The position numbers and the translations under genes are program-made. Of a DNA stretch of 31,719 nt, positions 25,404 to 31,719 are shown piece by piece. The stretch is from Candidatus Levyibacteriota bacterium (GTDB lineage Bacteria > Patescibacteriota > Microgenomatia > Levybacterales > GWA1-39-11). Position 1 is the first letter of the stretch. Each line of letters begins with the position of its first letter. The stretch spans positions 1-31,719 of the forward strand of contig JBDHUV010000001.1 in NCBI GenBank assembly GCA_039809365.1, read 5' to 3'. The notes under the pieces are model-generated. The model was not told where the DNA came from. It was given only the letters and a program-made list of their open reading frames with translations, and did not search any database.

Positions 25404-28142
25404 ATGCTTAATTTTGTCTCCAAATATTTCGATTCTAATGACAGGGAATTAAAAAAACTACAGCCTATTGTAGATGAGATCAACTCTCTTGAAAAAGGGA
25501 TGAAAAAACTTAAAGACTCAGACTTCCCTAAAAAAACAAAAGAGTTACAAAAACAAATTGCTGAAGGTACAAGTGTGTACATGGTATTGCCTGAGGCATT
25601 TGCATTGGTTCGTGAAGCAGCAGTTCGTACAATTGGACTGAGACATTATGATGTTCAGATGCTTGCTGCTATTGTTCTTGCACAGGGGAAAGTTGCAGAG
25701 CAAAAAACTGGAGAAGGGAAAACATTGTCTGCTGTTCCGGCATTATATCTCCACGCATTAACAGGAAAATCAGTTCACTTGGTGACGGTGAATGATTATC
25801 TTGCTCGGCGTGATGCAGGATGGATGGGTGCTGTATTCCATTTCCTTGGTATGAGTGTTGCCTCTATTATTAATGATACTTCATATGTATATGACAGTGA
25901 ATATCTTGATGAATCAGCAACTGATTATCGGCTGTCTCATCTGAGACAAATATCCAGAAAAGAGGCATATCAAAAGAATGTTATATACGGTATTAACTCA
26001 GAGTTTGGATTTGATTATCTGCGAGATAACATGAAGTTTGATATTAGTGAAGTTGTACAAGGTGAACATTACTTCTCAGTTGTCGACGAGGTAGACTCTG
26101 TTTTGATCGATGAAGCTCGTACTCCACATATTATCTCAATGCCTGATAGTACACCATCAAACAAATACTATGAATATGCTCAGGTAGTAGAAAAATTACA
26201 AGCAGATACTGATTATAAAATTGATGAAAAATTCAGAACAGCCCATCTTACTGATCATGGTATCTCAAAAATTGAATCATTATTTGGTATTAGAGATATT
26301 TATGAGAAAGATTTTGAGACTGTTTATCATATAGAAGCAGCTTTAAAAGCAAAAACTCTTTATCATCGTAATAAAGAATATATTGTTCGTGAAGGACAGG
26401 TTATCTTAGTTGATGAGTTTACAGGGCGTTTACTTCCAGGAAGAAGACTATCTGAGGGTTTGCATCAGGCGCTTGAAGCAAAAGAAAATGTCCAAGTCCA
26501 GCAAGAATCAAAAACACTTGCAACAGTATCTCTTCAAAACTATTTCCGAATGTATGAAATATTAGCAGGTATGACAGGTACTGCTATTACAGAAGCAGAA
26601 GAGTTTTTCAAGATTTATAAACTAGAGGTAGTTACTATCCCTACGAATAATCCAGTTCAGCGTGTAGATCTTCCTGATCAAATCTATAAAACAGTTCGAG
26701 CAAAATATGCAGCAGTAGTAGTTGAGATTGAGAAAGCACATAAAAAAGGTCAACCAGTATTAATCGGTACAACTTCTATTGAGAAAAATGAGATTATTGC
26801 AGAGTTATTAAAACGTAAGAAAATTCCACATCAAGTATTGAATGCAAAAAATCATTTACAAGAGGCAATGATTATTAGTGAAGCAGGAAGGAAAGGTGCA
26901 GTAACTGTTGCTACAAATATGGCAGGTCGTGGAGTAGATATTATTTTAGGAGGGCAAGCACCTTCTAGTTTTGAGAAAGATTATCAAGGGGATAAAGGAA
27001 AGAAAAAGTTTGAAAAAGAATATGGTGAATGGAAAAAATCTCATGATGCAGTAGTAAATGCAGGTGGACTTTTTGTCATTGGTACTGAAAAACATGAAAG
27101 TAGAAGAATTGATAATCAGTTGAGAGGGAGGTCTGGAAGACAAGGAGACCCTGGTGCCTCTATTTTTATATTATCACTTGAGGATGATCTTATGAGAATT
27201 TTTGGAGGAGATCAGATCGCAAGTATGATGACTCGCTTTAATTTCCCAGAAGATCAACCATTGACTCATGGGCTCGTCACTCGCGTACTTGAACAAGCTC
27301 AAGTGAAAGTTGAAGGATTTAATTTTGAATCGAGAAAAAGAACACTTGATTATGATGATGTTCTTAATAAACAGCGGGAAATTATTTACTCAAGAAGAAG
27401 AAAAATTCTAGAAGGAAAAGAAAATCCCACAGATCACATGATGGAGAGAGTGTATGCAGTTATTGAGCGTTCAGTACTGTTTAATTTAGATGTAAATCAA
27501 GAACAAGGTGGATATAAAAAGATTATTGAAGATTTCACAACGGTAATTAATTTTGATGAGCATTCACAGACTCATTTACTTTCAACAATAGAGGGAAAGC
27601 CTACTGAAGAAGTAATAAAGTTTCTTTATGGGGTTGTAGAAGATATTGAGAAAAAACGTGAGAAAGAATATGGAAGAGAAAATATTGACCAAATTATGAA
27701 AGCGGTCTCTCTGCAGACAATGGACAATTTATGGATGGAACATTTAACTGCAATAGAAGATTTGAGAACTGGGATCAGTCTGAGAGGATTTGCTCAGCGC
27801 GATCCAATTGTAGAGTATAAAAAAGAAGCATTTACGTTATTTGAAACATTAGTAACTTCAATTGATGATGAGATAGTGCATAGAGCATTCCGTATTGATA
27901 TCCAAATACAACACAATCACCAACCTCATACTCATGCAAATGAAGGAGTCACTAACCAATTAGAGTCTGAGATAGGTGCAAAAGGTGTAGAAAAAAATAA
28001 AGAGAAAGCAAAGAAAGTTGAGAAAAAACATGCAAGTCTTAAAAAAGCTGAGAAAATTGGGCGGAATGATCCATGCCCTTGTGGCTCCGGATTGAAATAT
28101 AAGAAATGTGGACTTATTAACTCTCCTCAGCATAGAGCTTAA
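25404..28142 (+). CDS. secA: Preprotein translocase ATPase SecA
   Basis: RHYDVQM, KTGEGKT, VTVNDYLARRD, VDEVDSVLIDEARTP, GMTGTA, ATNMAGRGVDI, QLRGRSGRQGDPG, SEC-C GRNDPCPCGSGLKYKKC. Confidence 0.98.
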   Translation: MLNFVSKYFDSNDRELKKLQPIVDEINSLEKGMKKLKDSDFPKKTKELQKQIAEGTSVYMVLPEAFALVREAAVRTIGLRHYDVQMLAAIVLAQGKVAEQKTGEGKTLSAVPALYLHALTGKSVHLVTVNDYLARRDAGWMGAVFHFLGMSVASIINDTSYVYDSEYLDESATDYRLSHLRQISRKEAYQKNVIYGINSEFGFDYLRDNMKFDISEVVQGEHYFSVVDEVDSVLIDEARTPHIISMPDSTPSNKYYEYAQVVEKLQADTDYKIDEKFRTAHLTDHGISKIESLFGIRDIYEKDFETVYHIEAALKAKTLYHRNKEYIVREGQVILVDEFTGRLLPGRRLSEGLHQALEAKENVQVQQESKTLATVSLQNYFRMYEILAGMTGTAITEAEEFFKIYKLEVVTIPTNNPVQRVDLPDQIYKTVRAKYAAVVVEIEKAHKKGQPVLIGTTSIEKNEIIAELLKRKKIPHQVLNAKNHLQEAMIISEAGRKGAVTVATNMAGRGVDIILGGQAPSSFEKDYQGDKGKKKFEKEYGEWKKSHDAVVNAGGLFVIGTEKHESRRIDNQLRGRSGRQGDPGASIFILSLEDDLMRIFGGDQIASMMTRFNFPEDQPLTHGLVTRVLEQAQVKVEGFNFESRKRTLDYDDVLNKQREIIYSRRRKILEGKENPTDHMMERVYAVIERSVLFNLDVNQEQGGYKKIIEDFTTVINFDEHSQTHLLSTIEGKPTEEVIKFLYGVVEDIEKKREKEYGRENIDQIMKAVSLQTMDNLWMEHLTAIEDLRTGISLRGFAQRDPIVEYKKEAFTLFETLVTSIDDEIVHRAFRIDIQIQHNHQPHTHANEGVTNQLESEIGAKGVEKNKEKAKKVEKKHASLKKAEKIGRNDPCPCGSGLKYKKCGLINSPQHRA

Positions 28143-28331
28143 TAGCTATTTAATAAGATAGAAAGCTTCTTTAAAAAAATACCCATACATTAAGAAAGTT
28201 GTAATTTTAAAAGTATATCTTGTACTATTAAATAATACGTAGCTTTTCACAGAATATTAGACTGTTCTGTAGTGTTTCTACTTGATTCTCTATAGTGTTT
28301 ATGTATATGCTGAATAGAGTATATAGTTAGA

Positions 28332-29015
28332 ATGAGTAAAAGGAATATTATTGCAATTGCGGTCCTATTTGTAGTCCTGTTAGGAGCTATCTTTGTCACG
28401 TTATTTTTAATGAGCTCGAATCAGGATACTCGTTCTGATGCTAGTACATCGCTTGATACCACGTTCCCTGTCATTACTGATGTACCTGCCCCTTTACAAA
28501 CTCAAAGTGGACAAGAGTCAACTGATCCAGGTACAGTAGAAAACGTCTCAGTCAATTACCCATATATTAATGGTGATGAAGCAGATTTTACTTCAGCAAG
28601 CTGTACATGGGACTCAAATATTAATGCATTCCAATATAACTTAAAAGTAACTGAAGTAGATACAAATTCTGTTATTAAAGAGCAGGTTGTAAATAGTGGA
28701 GTGCTTAGTGATGTGTTTGATGTAGTACCAAACAATACATATCGCTGTGAAGTTGCAGCAATTAACTCAGCTGGTGTTGCTGGTGTTGCAGGTGTTGATG
28801 AACAGGTGTGTGAAGTACAGGCTGAAGTCTCTCCTTCTCCTTCCCCAGTTGTTACGGTACAGCCTACTGCCACTCCAACAGCTACGTTAGCTCCGCAAGC
28901 TCCTGTTGTAACAAAACCACCTTTACCACCAACAGGTAGTGTGGGAACAATTGCCACTGTTGGGTTAGGAGGACTTATCTTACTCTTAATTGGTGGAGCC
29001 TTACTCTTCCTATAA
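28332..29015 (+). CDS. Surface protein: N-terminal TM, FN3-like domain, Pro/Thr linker, LPxTG-like signal plus C-terminal TM
   Basis: TW...YNLKV...VPNNTYRCEVAAINSAG; LPPTG at 28923-28937 followed by a hydrophobic helix. Confidence 0.75.
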   Translation: MSKRNIIAIAVLFVVLLGAIFVTLFLMSSNQDTRSDASTSLDTTFPVITDVPAPLQTQSGQESTDPGTVENVSVNYPYINGDEADFTSASCTWDSNINAFQYNLKVTEVDTNSVIKEQVVNSGVLSDVFDVVPNNTYRCEVAAINSAGVAGVAGVDEQVCEVQAEVSPSPSPVVTVQPTATPTATLAPQAPVVTKPPLPPTGSVGTIATVGLGGLILLLIGGALLFL

Positions 29016-29111
29016 CTACAAGATTACTAAGAGTAACATTTTAATTATCATCATGAGTGCATTGAATTCAAAAAATGCTTGCAATGATGTTATAAATACT
29101 ATTACAATGAA

Positions 29112-30044
29112 ATGATTATGGATCCTAATGTACCCAACACTCCACAGTATCCTCCTTCTCAACCATCAGTTCCTGGAGTTCCAGGAAGTGGGCAACCCTT
29201 TCAGAATGAATCCTTTGTATCAAAGATACTGAGGAAAAAGATTCTGATTGTGGTTGGAGTTCTCTTAGTTGTGATAATTGGCCTTTCTGTATTTTTATTT
29301 ACTCAAAGGGAAAAAGATTTGTATCCACATTATGAGTTTAGTATCAACAATGAAGAGATCAGTAAAGATGAATTTACATCACTATACACTCATTTTCGAG
29401 CAGATAAAGATATGGAATCTGATCAGATTAAAGGATATATAGAAGATTTATATATTGAACATTATTTATTGTCTCAGCAATATAAAGGTACGTTGTCCTC
29501 CCCATCTGCAAATTTAGGGAATGCAGTACTGGATAAACTTATTGGCGAAACTACTCAGATGAAGCAGAGTGTATTACCAAGTATTGAAACTGAATCTCGT
29601 TCTGGTAAGGTATTTATTTTAAGTGTGACAGGTCCTTCATCTGGAGAACAGAGTGCTACGCGCACCGCTGTTGTAACGAACACGTTGAATAGTTATAGAA
29701 CTCAGTTAAGTAATGGACAGTTACAGATAATTGAAAATAGATTTTCTTCAGAGTCGGCATCATTGAAAGATAGATATGGTATTACATCAAGAGTAGTTAC
29801 GTTTGAAAATATGAGTAAAAATAGACCAGTGATTGGTGGAGATTCATTTATTACAAATGCATTTGGGACAAAAGTAGGACAGGTCAGTAATGTATTTGAA
29901 ATTGATAAAAATGATGATCTGGCTTTATATGGTATAGTGTACGTAACAAGTGCGGGTGAAGGGGAGTATGTAGATTATAGAGATTGGTTTGCCAAACAAA
30001 AAAGTAAATTAGATATAAAAGCTAATTTCTCAGATTATAAATAA
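29112..30044 (+). CDS. Membrane-anchored protein, possibly a degenerate PrsA/SurA-like foldase
   Basis: Pro-rich N-terminus, TM, INNEEISKDEF, AFGTKVGQVSNVF...YGIVYV resembling a parvulin C-terminus. Confidence 0.6.
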   Translation: MIMDPNVPNTPQYPPSQPSVPGVPGSGQPFQNESFVSKILRKKILIVVGVLLVVIIGLSVFLFTQREKDLYPHYEFSINNEEISKDEFTSLYTHFRADKDMESDQIKGYIEDLYIEHYLLSQQYKGTLSSPSANLGNAVLDKLIGETTQMKQSVLPSIETESRSGKVFILSVTGPSSGEQSATRTAVVTNTLNSYRTQLSNGQLQIIENRFSSESASLKDRYGITSRVVTFENMSKNRPVIGGDSFITNAFGTKVGQVSNVFEIDKNDDLALYGIVYVTSAGEGEYVDYRDWFAKQKSKLDIKANFSDYK

Positions 30045-30049
30045 TAAAT

Positions 30050-31456
30050 ATGTATAAAAAAATATTTTTATCTATTCTATTAGTAGTTGGCATTGTGTTT
30101 AGTGTTATGCTCGCCAAAAACTCTGTGGGAGAAGTCTTTGGTTTTTATAAAGATGGCGAGTACACAAATATTTATGGGTCAGGTCCTGTGTCTTGTAAAA
30201 ATCCTGATGAATGTAATAGTTTATATTATCCTTTTGAGCCTAAATATTGTAGTCCTGATAGTGGTACGTGTACAGGGGATAAAGATAAAGGTGTATGGGC
30301 TTTAAAACTCACTTGTGAAGGGAAAGATACAGAGTGTGGTGGAAATGGAAGTATTCCAATGGTAGAACCACCAGAATGGTCTCAAGGTACTCTTACCCTA
30401 GATTCAGGCAATATTAAATGTAATCAAACAGTACAGATCGACGTATTTGATAAAAAATGTGATGAGAGCGGCACATGGGATATGAATTGTAAAACACTTG
30501 GATATATGTCATGGTATTCAGGAGCCTGTCCTGCAGATACACCACCTCCTGCTCCTGCATGTAATACAGACTGTTCGGCAGATCCTACTATCTGTCAGCA
30601 AGCTACAGATGGATGTACTGCTTGTCTAGATAATGGTTCAGGTGGTAAAACATGTCAGCCTCCAGCAGGACCTGCATGTAATACAGATTGTTCAGCAGAT
30701 CCTACTATCTGTCAGCAAGCTACAGATGGATGTACAGCATGTGTAGATAATAGTTCAGGTGGTAAATCATGCCAAGTACCTCCTGGTACTACAACTACAC
30801 CTCCACCGCCAAATCCTCCAACAGAGCCACCTCAGCAACCTACTGCAACACCAGTACCTGATTTTAACGAAGCTATGTGTCAATGTGATAGTATGACAGT
30901 GTCTCAGATTCTTGCAGGACAACCAGCAATATTTACTGCTACTTCTAAAGTTACTGGTTCAGATGTAACAAAAGCTGAAGCAAAACAGATTGAGTTCTTA
31001 CTGACTGCAGGCAATGATGCTTCTTCTCGCAAAGTCATCGCAGGACCAGAGAGAGTGAACACAACTGCCTCAGGGAGCTCTACAGAGATGAAATATTCTG
31101 CTCAATGGACGACGAATATTCCAGCAAATGTTGAGAAGAATGTAGAGTATGTTGCGCGTGCAACAATTAAATGTTCTCGAAAAACAACAGCTCAAGCATA
31201 TCCATATACTGCGATGGTACTTGGTGAATCGAGTGAGCGTGGTGGGCTTTTTTCTATGATTTCAAACTTCTTTAAAAATATATTTGGTGGAGATAAAACA
31301 GATAAGGCCCCAGTTTCTACACAGGGGCAACACGTAGCATCTCAAGATGATACACTTGTATCTGTTGCAGATAAAGGAAATATCCAGATTGGAACATTTA
31401 CTACGGGTACTGTGACATATAACAAATGTCCTGAAGTAAGATTTAAATTCAAATAG
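30050..31456 (+). CDS. Secreted Cys-rich protein with two 39-aa six-cysteine repeats
   Basis: Signal peptide, many Cys, tandem repeat, Pro/Thr linker, C-terminal domain. Confidence 0.85.
   Translation: MYKKIFLSILLVVGIVFSVMLAKNSVGEVFGFYKDGEYTNIYGSGPVSCKNPDECNSLYYPFEPKYCSPDSGTCTGDKDKGVWALKLTCEGKDTECGGNGSIPMVEPPEWSQGTLTLDSGNIKCNQTVQIDVFDKKCDESGTWDMNCKTLGYMSWYSGACPADTPPPAPACNTDCSADPTICQQATDGCTACLDNGSGGKTCQPPAGPACNTDCSADPTICQQATDGCTACVDNSSGGKSCQVPPGTTTTPPPPNPPTEPPQQPTATPVPDFNEAMCQCDSMTVSQILAGQPAIFTATSKVTGSDVTKAEAKQIEFLLTAGNDASSRKVIAGPERVNTTASGSSTEMKYSAQWTTNIPANVEKNVEYVARATIKCSRKTTAQAYPYTAMVLGESSERGGLFSMISNFFKNIFGGDKTDKAPVSTQGQHVASQDDTLVSVADKGNIQIGTFTTGTVTYNKCPEVRFKFK
30554..30787 (+). repeat. Two tandem in-frame 117-bp repeats
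   Basis: CCTGCATGTAATACAGA... starts at 30554 and at 30671; 8 differences in the first ~102 nt, 5 of them synonymous. Confidence 0.95.
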
Positions 31457-31468
31457 AATTAGAGTGCT

Positions 31469-31719
31469 ATGCTCCGTAAAGAAAAAACTCATTATCATAA
31501 GTTAAAGGATTCACTTGCACACCGACACGAAGATATTAGAAAAAAAGTGTGGGATAAACATTCTGTACAGTTAACAGATATTGCGAATAATGCCAAACAA
31601 GTTGCGATGGGATCAGTAGGAGGATTGATGTTGCTTACTTCTCCTGCTAACAATATTGCGGTACTTCCAGATCACCAAGTTATTGATGAGGTACAAGCAA
31701 TTGATCTTGATAAAAATGT
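31469..31719 (+). CDS. Partial hypothetical protein (truncated by the window end)
   Basis: Open frame MLRKEKTHYHKLKDSLAHRHEDIRKKVWDKH...AMGSVGGLMLLTSP... running to the edge. Confidence 0.7.
   Translation, partial: MLRKEKTHYHKLKDSLAHRHEDIRKKVWDKHSVQLTDIANNAKQVAMGSVGGLMLLTSPANNIAVLPDHQVIDEVQAIDLDKN

Noticed and set aside
30554-30787. CRISPR or mobile-element repeat
   Set aside because: In-frame coding duplication with no spacers or terminal repeats
1-31719. Genetic code 25 (TGA=Gly) recoding
   Set aside because: Genes are full length under code 11 and TGA ends tsaD and lysS

Overview
Housekeeping-rich segment of a low-GC bacterial chromosome (roughly one-third GC by eye, standard genetic code with TGA as stop). 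The gene set and protein styles suggest Patescibacteria/CPR, probably Microgenomates-like; this is an inference. Layout: a GC-richer membrane-protein gene (-); then nfo, short mutY-like, rny, HU, miaA and RNase P RNA (+); a minus-strand block (UvrD/PcrA-nuclease, rmuC, NUDIX, TrmH-family, topA, tsaD, DUF192, cytidylyltransferase, VanW); then a plus-strand block (solute-binding protein, nucleotidyltransferase-like protein, greA, tdh-kbl, class I lysS, rdgB, serS, secA and a cluster of surface proteins). I found no tRNA, rRNA, CRISPR array or transposase. The best candidate for an undescribed system is a leaderless 14-aa Lys/Ser-rich leader peptide with mutually exclusive 1:2, 2:3 and 3:4 hairpins directly upstream of lysS-rdgB-serS, i.e. 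a possible dual Lys/Ser ribosome-mediated attenuator. Next are a reduced RNase P RNA in which P12 seems to be replaced by a pseudoknot, a GC-rich gene whose mRNA ends are complementary, and a shared palindromic operator. All RNA structures were paired by hand, with no folding or database searches.
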